Virus record (IMG/VR): IMGVR_UViG_3300017720_000059
Coordinates: 1 to 25,903 of that record
Length of the DNA stretch: 25,903 nucleotides
DNA from: a virus
Taxonomy: Duplodnaviria > Caudoviricetes
Reading direction: 5' to 3' (one strand)
Shown here piece after piece: positions 15,979-23,921 of the stretch. The notes under the pieces were generated by a model. The model made no database searches, was not told the DNA's origin, and worked only from the letters and a program-made list of their open reading frames with translations. The position numbers and the translations under genes are program-made. Position 1 is the first letter of the stretch. Each line of letters opens with the position of its first letter.

Positions 15979-17315
15979 ATTACTACACCACTTCCACCTG
16001 AACCACTTGCAATACATACTGGATTTCCAACAACACCACCACCTCCACCACCTGTATTAGCAGAACCATTACCATCACTTAAAGTTGCGTTTCCTGTGCC
16101 ACCACTTCCACCACCACCAACTCCTCCATTATTACGATCATTACTTGGAGAAGTACCTTGTGCGCCACCACCTCCTCCACCTGCTCTTGTTACAGATGAA
16201 CCAGTAATACTTGTTGCAACACCTGCACCACCTGAACCAGCATTTCCAGCAGAACTTGGACCTTGTGTTCCATTAGTACCAACAGCACTAGCACCACCGC
16301 CACCACCCATACCTATTGCATTACCTGGACCAGGACTAGATGTTCCTCCATTATTACCTTGCGGTGGACTTACTGGAGGTGTGTTTCCTGAACCAATAGT
16401 TCCTGAACCTGATGGGGTGTTACCTGCTCCTCCACCAGAACCACCTGATCCTGCTGATGTTGTTGGAGTTGCTGGACCTCCTCCACCAGTTCCACCTCCT
16501 GCTGATGTTATAGTTGAAAAAACTGAATTAGAACCATTGTTACCTGTTGTTGAATATCCAGGAGTTGCTCCTGCACCACCAGCACCGACTGATATTGGAT
16601 ATGCTTGTGCAGTTACCGATAATCCTGCTCCAGCATCTAAAGGTGAATCTGTGTATGGATCAGAAGAACATTTTCCTTCTCTAAAACCACCTGCACCGCC
16701 ACCACCACCTCTGCCACTACCACCTCCACCAATAACTGCATAAGAAGCTTTATTTGAACCTGATGCTGTTCCTCCTGCTGTTACAGTAAATGTTCCATCA
16801 CTTGTAAATGTGTGAATTTTATAATCTCCTGAAGTAGTTTCTGTTCCACCACTTGCTGTAATATAATTAGGTTGTCCTGTAACATTTGAAGTTGAATCAG
16901 TAACAGTTTTCCAACCTCTTGTTGCATCAACATATACTAATGTTATGGATTGACCAACTGTTGATAATGTAGCATTATTTGAACCAGCATTTATTTTAGA
17001 TCCGCTTCTACATATTGTTACATTGTTTGTATTCCAAGTGTTAGCATAATCAGCAAATGCAACAATATCACCAGCAGACGGAGAAGATGGTAAAGTTACT
17101 GTAATTGCACCGCCACTAGTATTAACAAAAAATCCATCGCCATTCACTGCTGTGAAAGGACTTGTTTTAGCTGTTGTACACCAATCTACAGTTCCAGTAC
17201 GACCAAAACCTGATTGAGATGCACCACTTGCAAGTGTTACAGTTTTACCTGATGAACCTAAAGTTAATGTTGAACCACATTGTACATCAACTGTATTTAC
17301 TTCTATCTTACTCAT
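15954..17315 (-). CDS. Gly-rich tail fibre / adhesin-like protein, paralogue 1
   Basis: Same conserved blocks; ATGA-coupled to the upstream 55-aa gene. Confidence 0.85.
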   Translation of the reverse strand: MSKIEVNTVDVQCGSTLTLGSSGKTVTLASGASQSGFGRTGTVDWCTTAKTSPFTAVNGDGFFVNTSGGAITVTLPSSPSAGDIVAFADYANTWNTNNVTICRSGSKINAGSNNATLSTVGQSITLVYVDATRGWKTVTDSTSNVTGQPNYITASGGTETTSGDYKIHTFTSDGTFTVTAGGTASGSNKASYAVIGGGGSGRGGGGGAGGFREGKCSSDPYTDSPLDAGAGLSVTAQAYPISVGAGGAGATPGYSTTGNNGSNSVFSTITSAGGGTGGGGPATPTTSAGSGGSGGGAGNTPSGSGTIGSGNTPPVSPPQGNNGGTSSPGPGNAIGMGGGGGASAVGTNGTQGPSSAGNAGSGGAGVATSITGSSVTRAGGGGGGAQGTSPSNDRNNGGVGGGGSGGTGNATLSDGNGSANTGGGGGGVVGNPVCIASGSGGSGVVIIRYKFQN

Positions 17316-17479
17316 ACGATAACTAATGTTCCTGTTACTGTTACTGTGTTAGTAAAAGTTACTGGTCCTGCTAATACAGCATTTTCAATAACCATATTTT
17401 TATCTAATGTTCCAGCATGATGATAAACAGTTTCTGTAGCTGGTTTATCTCCGATATAATCTTGACCAAAAATATTCAT
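17312..17479 (-). CDS. 55-aa beta-strand connector MNIFGQDYIGDKPATETVYHHAGTLDKNMVIENAVLAGPVTFTNTVTVTGTLVIV (not in ORF track)
   Basis: AAGGAG-AATAA-ATG RBS; stop overlaps the next ATG; fills the gap. Confidence 0.85.
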   Translation of the reverse strand: MNIFGQDYIGDKPATETVYHHAGTLDKNMVIENAVLAGPVTFTNTVTVTGTLVIV

Positions 17480-17488
17480 TTATTCTCC

Positions 17489-17815
17489 TTATGTACTAAT
17501 TGAGTCAACTCTGCTAATCCAAACATCTACACTTGATGCAGCAGATGATTGTCCTTTTAAAACATCTGCGTTCTGCATAACAACTTTAGATCCTGATTGA
17601 ATAAGTTCAACTGAACTTGCCGCAGGTAAACTTAAATCTTTAACAAGGTATCTTGTTGTAGAACCGCCTTCTAAAATAAATACACTAACAGTTACTGCTG
17701 CCGCAGTTATGTTAGCTAATCTTAATCCAACAATAGCATCATCACTATTAGCTGTTAATAGTGTAGTTGCTGAGTTAGTTATTTGACCGCCTGTTGATTC
17801 AAAGTCTTGTGCCAT
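17489..17815 (-). CDS. 108-aa beta-rich fibre adaptor-type protein
   Basis: AAGGAGG RBS; follows the fibre ending GFATAMAIAL; similar to 9745..10086. Confidence 0.75.
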   Translation of the reverse strand: MAQDFESTGGQITNSATTLLTANSDDAIVGLRLANITAAAVTVSVFILEGGSTTRYLVKDLSLPAASSVELIQSGSKVVMQNADVLKGQSSAASSVDVWISRVDSIST

Positions 17816-17824
17816 TTGTCCTCC

Positions 17825-19384
17825 TTATAAAGCTATTGCCATAGCAGTTGCAAATCCTTTTGAAGCTGCATCTGTTATTTTACTTACGTTAATACTATTT
17901 ACAGCAAGATTGATCGTTCCGCTAGTAGTAATTGGTGATCCACTCACAGTAAATTCTGATGAACCTGCGTCTGCTACAGCTACTGAACTTACAGTACCTG
18001 TAAACTGAGGTTGTACTTGTGAAAAAGTAATATTAGCACTACCAATACTACCACCTGTATCTGTCGTACATAAAAATATTGTATCTTCGTTTGTTGTACC
18101 TTCTTGAACAATAACAAGCTGACCTGCTAGTTCATCTACTGTATTAAAATCTGGATCTCTACTTGCTGCACCACTTGCTGGAACAACATAAATACCATTC
18201 TCTGTAGCATCTGATTGATTCTTAACTAAAACTTTATTACCAGTTGCTAATGAAATACCATCTAACGTATCGCCATTTTCTAAAGCATTAGATAAATTAA
18301 CATTTGCTGTTGTTGCTGCTCTTACAATAATTCTTGTTTTTAATCCTGCTACTAAATCATCTACATAACTTTTAATTGCTACATCTGTAGCACCAGATGG
18401 TGCAGACATACCACTTATAGCTCCACCTGTTATAGCAACACTATTTGCTGCTTGTGTTGCAATCGTTCCTAATCCTAAAGATGTTCTAGCAGTAGCTCCT
18501 GTTTCTGTTACAAAATTAGAACCATCACCTACAATAAAATTACTATCTGTAGGAGTTAGTCCTGCAATATCAGATAACTGTGCATCAAATGCTTGAACAT
18601 CTGATCCTATTGCTAAACCTAAATTTGTTCTTGCTGTTGATGCTGAAACAACATCACTTAAATTATTTGCTTTTACATTTTTTGCATCTAACTGTGTTTG
18701 TATTGCAGAAGAAACACCTGAAACATAACCAAGTTCAGTCGCTGTTACAGATGATACTGCAACTTTACCTGATGAATTTGAAGCTAAAGCTCTTGATGCA
18801 GTTAAATCTGATGTAGCTATTGTTGATGCACCACCAGTTATAGCTGCTGCTTTTGCATCTAGTTGAGTTTGTATTGCTGATGTTACACCATTTAAATATT
18901 GAAATTCTGCATCTGATACTGTTCCGTTTGCAATTTTTTCAGCAGATATTCCTGTTGGTATAGAATCATTTGTTTTTGATAATGCACCAATGTAAACATT
19001 ATTTAATGCACCTGATGTTAAAGAACCTGAATCCCAAGTTACATTAACTGTTGTATTTGATGAAAATGATGAACTTGCAATAGTTCCGTAAAGTGTTGCA
19101 GCCGTATCTGTAATTTTAATTCTTCTACCTGCATGATAAATTGCAGTAACATCTGCACCATTAATTGTAAATGCAGTTCCACTAACATAAGCTGCTGTGT
19201 ATGTAGCATCACCATCTCCATACTCAATCCATTGTGCATCATTAAACCAATCTCTAGTATTTTTCATCAATGCTCTAATGGCATTGTTAAGATTAGAAGG
19301 TAACATTCCTTCTGCTACTGAAATACTATTTAATGTTGTGTTACTTGCTTGGGTTGTTGAATAATTTTTAATATTAGTTGGCAT
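17825..19384 (-). CDS. Long tail fibre protein (519 aa)
   Basis: S/T/A/G-rich; repeats GV(T/S)SAIQTQLDAK x2 and TART(N/S)LGL x2; VLVKNQ-x4-ENGIY module; hydrophobic C-terminal AMAIAL. Confidence 0.85.
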   Translation of the reverse strand: MPTNIKNYSTTQASNTTLNSISVAEGMLPSNLNNAIRALMKNTRDWFNDAQWIEYGDGDATYTAAYVSGTAFTINGADVTAIYHAGRRIKITDTAATLYGTIASSSFSSNTTVNVTWDSGSLTSGALNNVYIGALSKTNDSIPTGISAEKIANGTVSDAEFQYLNGVTSAIQTQLDAKAAAITGGASTIATSDLTASRALASNSSGKVAVSSVTATELGYVSGVSSAIQTQLDAKNVKANNLSDVVSASTARTNLGLAIGSDVQAFDAQLSDIAGLTPTDSNFIVGDGSNFVTETGATARTSLGLGTIATQAANSVAITGGAISGMSAPSGATDVAIKSYVDDLVAGLKTRIIVRAATTANVNLSNALENGDTLDGISLATGNKVLVKNQSDATENGIYVVPASGAASRDPDFNTVDELAGQLVIVQEGTTNEDTIFLCTTDTGGSIGSANITFSQVQPQFTGTVSSVAVADAGSSEFTVSGSPITTSGTINLAVNSINVSKITDAASKGFATAMAIAL

Positions 19385-19534
19385 TTAATCTCCTATAAAC
19401 CATGCAAAGATTTTATTATTCTCTTTGTTTTTTTCGTTTATTAGTGTGTTAATAGCTTCTTCAATTTGTCTTTGAAAAAACTCTTGAGTTTCAAAACTAT
19501 ATCTAACATTATCTATATCAGTTTTATCTGTCAT
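19385..19534 (-). CDS. 49-aa short coiled-coil tail protein (MTDKTDID...FAWFIGD)
   Basis: ATGA overlap with the hub gene stop puts the start at 19534 rather than 19585. Confidence 0.7.
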   Translation of the reverse strand: MTDKTDIDNVRYSFETQEFFQRQIEEAINTLINEKNKENNKIFAWFIGD

Positions 19535-20997
19535 CTCAATCCAATTTTTGTAGCTATCACATCTACTCCTTGAGCATGAGTCCAAACTGACCCAGATGGT
19601 GTTAAAACTTTAAGTCTAAAATAACGACCTGATTCTCTAACAGGATTATCCCCACTATCATTCATACTTGATGACGAAGATTCCGTAGGTGTATCAGCTA
19701 ATCTTTCTCTGGTTTTCACAGTAACTGTAGATGTTGCATCAACAATCGGTCTTACGTTAGTTATACTACTTCTGTGTCCTGGAAACAACTCTAATTCTCT
19801 AGTTTCTAAAGTTCCTTGATTTTCTGTGCCTGAAAATATAGCTGCCTTAAAATTGTTATCTATTGCTCCTAAATATCTTTGACCTCCTGACCAAAAGTCT
19901 GTGTCTAAAGCTATATTTATTTGGTCTAAATTTTCTGAAATAATATCCATAAGCTCTACTGTATAAGCACCTACAAACTGTGAGAATATGGTACTAGCAC
20001 TAGCATCAGCCGTTGACCATTTTTGTGTAGCATAATTATAGATTAATATTTTATCACAAATACCTGTTGTGTTAGCTGTATCTGATGCAGATGGATATAA
20101 CCACATAGCCAACTGATTAAATGGATCAACAGCAGCACATATTCTATCAGAAAATGCTTTGTTTAAATCTACATCAAAAAATCTATTTACTTTTTCTGCA
20201 CCAATCGCAACAACATTATCTCCATTGATTTCAAAAAAACCATCATCAGCATAAAAGAATACCCTTCTGTTATCTTGACAAACTGTTCTACCATAAACAG
20301 CACCTCTGTTTGGAGATATAACTGATAATCTAAATATTGTTGCACCACCTACATAGTCCATACGAATAATTTGATTCTGTCTAAAAACATAACCAATCTC
20401 ACCTGAAGTTATGTGTACAATTTCACCACCTGAACCTGGTAAGTCTTGTTGGTCAGCTTGTTTAGTTCCTGATTGCCAAGTAGCAATATCATTGATGCCT
20501 GACCATTGTATTCTATTTTGATTTGTAGGTTGATTACCTGTAACTAAAAAATCTCTAACCACACCTGATACTCTAAATACAGGTACACTTCCTGATGTCG
20601 CTATAGATGAAAGATTAGCAAAGTTAGTTGATGTACCCATTAAATAATATTGAGGAGCATCAACACCATTACTTGCTATGACGTAATTTCCAAATTGAGT
20701 AAATGTAAAATAATCTGTATTACCACCTGTTAACGATCCTTTTCTTGAAGTAAATGTTCCACCATCTAATTGATAGATGTCTGTGTTTTTTGCAACAAAA
20801 TTAAATACAGCACCAGCATTATTTCTAAATGAACCAGCACCTCTGCTATCAGCAGCAATATTGTTTGTAGAATAATTTACTAATGAAGGGAATCTTTTGT
20901 AAGAATTTTGTGCATAGTAAACATTGTTTGCTGTAGTAGCACCAGGATTTAAATATTCAGGTTGATCTGGTAGCCATTCTCCAAAAGGTATTTGCAT
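19531..20997 (-). CDS. Tail hub / nozzle (P22 gp10-like packaged-DNA stabilisation protein)
   Basis: 488 aa, beta-rich repeats (FTFTQFGNYVIASNG, IQWSGIND, FFYADDGFF, LIYNYATQKWS); follows the adaptor. Confidence 0.75.
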   Translation of the reverse strand: MQIPFGEWLPDQPEYLNPGATTANNVYYAQNSYKRFPSLVNYSTNNIAADSRGAGSFRNNAGAVFNFVAKNTDIYQLDGGTFTSRKGSLTGGNTDYFTFTQFGNYVIASNGVDAPQYYLMGTSTNFANLSSIATSGSVPVFRVSGVVRDFLVTGNQPTNQNRIQWSGINDIATWQSGTKQADQQDLPGSGGEIVHITSGEIGYVFRQNQIIRMDYVGGATIFRLSVISPNRGAVYGRTVCQDNRRVFFYADDGFFEINGDNVVAIGAEKVNRFFDVDLNKAFSDRICAAVDPFNQLAMWLYPSASDTANTTGICDKILIYNYATQKWSTADASASTIFSQFVGAYTVELMDIISENLDQINIALDTDFWSGGQRYLGAIDNNFKAAIFSGTENQGTLETRELELFPGHRSSITNVRPIVDATSTVTVKTRERLADTPTESSSSSMNDSGDNPVRESGRYFRLKVLTPSGSVWTHAQGVDVIATKIGLR

Positions 20998-21005
20998 TTA
21001 AAATC

Positions 21006-21677
21006 CTAAGTATTATTGTTCGTTACTTTTGTATGATCTGAAAAAGGAGCTTCCACTGTTACATCTGTTCTGATTTGTAATGGAGAACCACTAAATTGAT
21101 CTTCTCTATCATTTCTTTCCAATCTCTCAAGAGCTGTAGCATACATTTGTTGCCATTGTTGAATAAGTCTTGGTTCTACACCACCCAAAAAGTTAGCAGC
21201 ATGATATAGTGAACCATATAGATAAATTGCAGGATGACTTGTTAAAATAAAATTAGATGTATTTGAATCTGATAAAGGATCAAACTCTTTGTAAAAATTT
21301 AATGTGCCTGAGTAACTTGATGAAGGAACAGGTGCAAATCTAAAGTTATCTCCAAGTATAGTATAAACTTCAGGCATACCACTTGTTGATGAACCTTTAA
21401 TTTGATCCATTTGTGATGGAGTCATAAATGTTAAAGAATGTTTAGTTCCACCTTCTGTAATAAAAAAATCTCTTATTTGTAAAAATCCTGTAGGTAAAGC
21501 CACTGTTTCAGCATCAATAGTTATTGATGTTTGTGCTATCATTTTTCTAATTCTTAATTTGGAATTAAAATCTTTTTCTGCAAGAACAATAAAATCTTCT
21601 ATCTCTGTAGTAAGGTCTGATCTATTTAACCAATTTGCTATTGATGTTTTTAAAGTTGAATAACTATTTAATGCCAT
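21006..21677 (-). CDS. Head-tail adaptor protein
   Basis: Y-x2-LK-x2-IANWLNRSDL, FI-x-LAE, LP-x2-FL, HP-x2-YLYGSL motifs; synteny. Confidence 0.75.
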   Translation of the reverse strand: MALNSYSTLKTSIANWLNRSDLTTEIEDFIVLAEKDFNSKLRIRKMIAQTSITIDAETVALPTGFLQIRDFFITEGGTKHSLTFMTPSQMDQIKGSSTSGMPEVYTILGDNFRFAPVPSSSYSGTLNFYKEFDPLSDSNTSNFILTSHPAIYLYGSLYHAANFLGGVEPRLIQQWQQMYATALERLERNDREDQFSGSPLQIRTDVTVEAPFSDHTKVTNNNT

Positions 21678-22006
21678 TATATTTTTCCTTCTGCTGTTCT
21701 AAAATATCTAAACTCACTACTATTAAGTTTTTCTTTTAATATTTTTTTTTGAACTTCTTTTGGTAGTCCAAACCAATTACTATCACCATTGTATTCATTT
21801 GCCCATACAGATAATGCAATAGTAGGTATAGAAGCTACTCTTTTAAGTTCTCTTGATTTTGAATAACCATCATTATGATTGTATAGAGCTTTATTGTGTT
21901 GAAGGTGTGGGTTTATATTGACTTGTTCTTTGATGACAATTTTTTTCTCCATGTCATCTTTAGAATAAGTAGTTTGTTGTAAACCATTTGTAACAATATC
22001 TTTCAT
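21677..22006 (-). CDS. Conserved hypothetical phage protein (VASIP...LNSSEFRYFRT type)
   Basis: Coupled at both ends; AGAGGA upstream. Confidence 0.8.
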   Translation of the reverse strand: MKDIVTNGLQQTTYSKDDMEKKIVIKEQVNINPHLQHNKALYNHNDGYSKSRELKRVASIPTIALSVWANEYNGDSNWFGLPKEVQKKILKEKLNSSEFRYFRTAEGKI

Positions 22007-22137
22007 CTACCTTGTCCTCTATATTTTTTTCTTTTTGGTATTCTTTTACTTATGTTCTTTGTATGCCTACCAGGTCTTTTTTTCCTAGTTCGTTTTACAT
22101 AATTAGAAACACCAAAGAGAGGTCTTTTCTTAGCCAC
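22003..22137 (-). CDS. 44-aa K/R-rich micro-protein MAKKRPLFGVSNYVKRTRKKRPGRHTKNISKRIPKRKKYRGQGR (GTG start; not in ORF track)
   Basis: GTG overlaps the upstream TAG, TGA overlaps the downstream ATG; no acidic residues. Confidence 0.75.
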   Translation of the reverse strand: MAKKRPLFGVSNYVKRTRKKRPGRHTKNISKRIPKRKKYRGQGR

Positions 22138-22430
22138 TAAGCACTCATTTCAGTAACATAAAGAACTGCACTATTTGTTGCGTTCAATCCTGCAATCTTC
22201 TCACCTGGACTAACTTTAAATATTTCAGGTTGGTCAGCAGATATTAAAATTTTTGCTGCTGATGCAGTTGGATTTACTCCAAAATCAACAAAAAAATCTA
22301 CTGCTGAAACTAATCTTACATATTCTGTTTGTGAACCAAAAGCACTAGATTGTACTGATGAAGTTGTTCCTCCACCTGCCATAGTTATGTTGTTTATTAC
22401 TGTAGGTCTTAATCCATAATTAAAACTCAT
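22137..22430 (-). CDS. Small beta-rich virion protein (decoration-like)
   Basis: AGGAG RBS; S/T/A/V-rich; two genes after the capsid. Confidence 0.7.
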   Translation of the reverse strand: MSFNYGLRPTVINNITMAGGGTTSSVQSSAFGSQTEYVRLVSAVDFFVDFGVNPTASAAKILISADQPEIFKVSPGEKIAGLNATNSAVLYVTEMSA

Positions 22431-22449
22431 GTTTTTCTCCTATTTGTTA

Positions 22450-22480
22450 TGGGGGAACTTCCGCTAGGCATGAACCCCCA
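22450..22480 (-). promoter_or_regulatory. Intergenic stem-loop UGGGGG...CCCCCA just upstream of an RBS
   Basis: 6-bp outer stem enclosing UUCAUGCCUAGCGGAAGUU; no U-tract. Confidence 0.5.
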
Positions 22481-22490
22481 AGTATTATTA

Positions 22491-22838
22491 CTATCTTCTT
22501 ACTACTATTGTAAAGTGTAAAGAATGTGTATTTGTAGATGCACCATCAGTTGCTAAAGCAATAAAATCGCCTTCAACAACATTATTTGCAGCAGTTGGTT
22601 CTGCTGTATCTATATCACCAGCAGCAGACCCAGAGTGAGCTACAGTTATTGCACCACCAGTCATATTAGTAGTACCAACTTTTGCAGTCACAGTTGCATT
22701 TGCAGTTGCGATTGTTCCACCTAATACAGTAGATATTTTAATAACTTTACCAGCATCTGGCACAGGTATTCTTACTGTAGAAGCAGTAGATATATCATCA
22801 ATTACTCCATATAAAAAATAATCGTTTAGTGTTCTCAT
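22491..22838 (-). CDS. Capsid decoration / cement-like protein
   Basis: 115 aa, A/T/V/G-rich beta pattern; directly after the major capsid gene; GGAG RBS. Confidence 0.65.
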   Translation of the reverse strand: MRTLNDYFLYGVIDDISTASTVRIPVPDAGKVIKISTVLGGTIATANATVTAKVGTTNMTGGAITVAHSGSAAGDIDTAEPTAANNVVEGDFIALATDGASTNTHSLHFTIVVRR

Positions 22839-22896
22839 TTTTTTTCTCCATTTGTCGTTCCGCCTATAACCTTACTAAGACTTCAACATTGGTTAA

Positions 22897-22937
22897 GTGA
22901 TGGGGATGTAGTTTTTAAAGGTTACACCCCCTATCAC
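22897..22937 (-). terminator. Long hairpin after the major capsid gene (partial terminator or mRNA stabiliser)
   Basis: GUGAU(A)GGGGGUGUA pairs with UACAUCCCCAUCAC, 14 bp with one bulge and one G-U; 8 nt after the stop; lacks a long U-tract. Confidence 0.65.
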
Positions 22938-22945
22938 AATTAAGA

Positions 22946-23896
22946 TTATGATGTTGTTAAATCGTAAACAGCACCACTTGCTTTTTCGTTTCTTGACTCA
23001 AGAGTGTACTCAGCTACCATGAATCTTTGGTCTGCATCAGCAGTCTGTGCAGGATTCTGTAAACTGAAATCTCTTAAGAAAGCTACTGCAAAGTAGTCCA
23101 TCTCTAAGATTAGAGCATCTTGACCTTTTTTAGCAGCAGTTGCGTTAGCACCTCTAATGAATCTATTAGGAGCAACTTGGAGTGTTCCAAAGTCACTTTC
23201 ATAGACATCAATAGATGTAACTAATCTTCTGTCTTCTGCTTGGTCAAATCTTGTTGAACCGCCTGTAAAGCCAGATAGTTTTTGTTTGTTGAAAGCTCCA
23301 ACCATAATCATGTTTGGATTTCCACCTTCATCAAAGCAACTTCTTAGAACACCTTTTAATTGGTCTTCTGTGAAAGCTCTTTGAGTTCCATCTGTTCTTG
23401 CAGCACCGCCACCAGAACCAGAACCACCAGCACCTGCATCTACGTTAGATGAAATCCAAGTTTGAACTCCTCCTAATTTTCTTGCAGTTGTGGCATTTCC
23501 AGCAGTACCAGCTACGTTAGATAAAAGAGCAGTTTCCATATCTCTTTTTAATTCTTTCGCAGATTTTGCTACTTGGTAAGCTAACTCATTATTTCTTCCA
23601 GCAGATGTTACAGCATCATTTGTTGCAGATACTTGCACAGCTTTTGTAGAAATCTGAGTGTGGTTAGTTAGTTTAGTTGTTGCTGATAATGTTGGGTATG
23701 AGATTGTTGCACCTTCTACCGCAGCATTTGCAGCTACATCAGCCAATGAGTCTGTTTGCCATTGGTGAGATGTGTTAGTTGCTGATGTTTTAGCAACCCC
23801 TGACATAAATGGAGTTTCTGTCGGAGCTATTGAATAAATAATATCCGCTAGATCCTCTCTTATGCCGACTGTTTGGTATGTTTGAAATACAGCCAT
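22946..23896 (-). CDS. Major capsid protein (DUF5309 / SU10-like family)
   Basis: REDL-x-D-x-I-x2-I-x-PTETPF, HQWQTDSL, N-x-TQI, ELKRDME, YESDFG, EYTLE motifs; AAAGGAG RBS; follows the scaffold. Confidence 0.92.
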   Translation of the reverse strand: MAVFQTYQTVGIREDLADIIYSIAPTETPFMSGVAKTSATNTSHQWQTDSLADVAANAAVEGATISYPTLSATTKLTNHTQISTKAVQVSATNDAVTSAGRNNELAYQVAKSAKELKRDMETALLSNVAGTAGNATTARKLGGVQTWISSNVDAGAGGSGSGGGAARTDGTQRAFTEDQLKGVLRSCFDEGGNPNMIMVGAFNKQKLSGFTGGSTRFDQAEDRRLVTSIDVYESDFGTLQVAPNRFIRGANATAAKKGQDALILEMDYFAVAFLRDFSLQNPAQTADADQRFMVAEYTLESRNEKASGAVYDLTTS

Positions 23897-23921
23897 TTTC
23901 GTCTCCTTTTTAGGTTAGTTG

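Noticed and set aside
16096-16743. 215-aa Pro-rich plus-strand ORF
   Set aside because: Antisense shadow of Gly codons in the fibre gene (GGN read as NCC/CCN); no RBS and opposite to every real gene
13171-17315. Diversity-generating retroelement or invertase shufflon explanation for the repeats
   Set aside because: No reverse transcriptase or recombinase in the window, repeats are direct and inside intact genes, and differences are largely synonymous rather than adenine-specific
13230-19242. Short alternative-frame ORFs inside the fibre genes (e.g. 13230..13469, 14593..14847, 15073..15327, 18580..18816, 19039..19242)
   Set aside because: Q/E/V/L/H-rich by-products of biased codon use in low-complexity genes; no initiation signals
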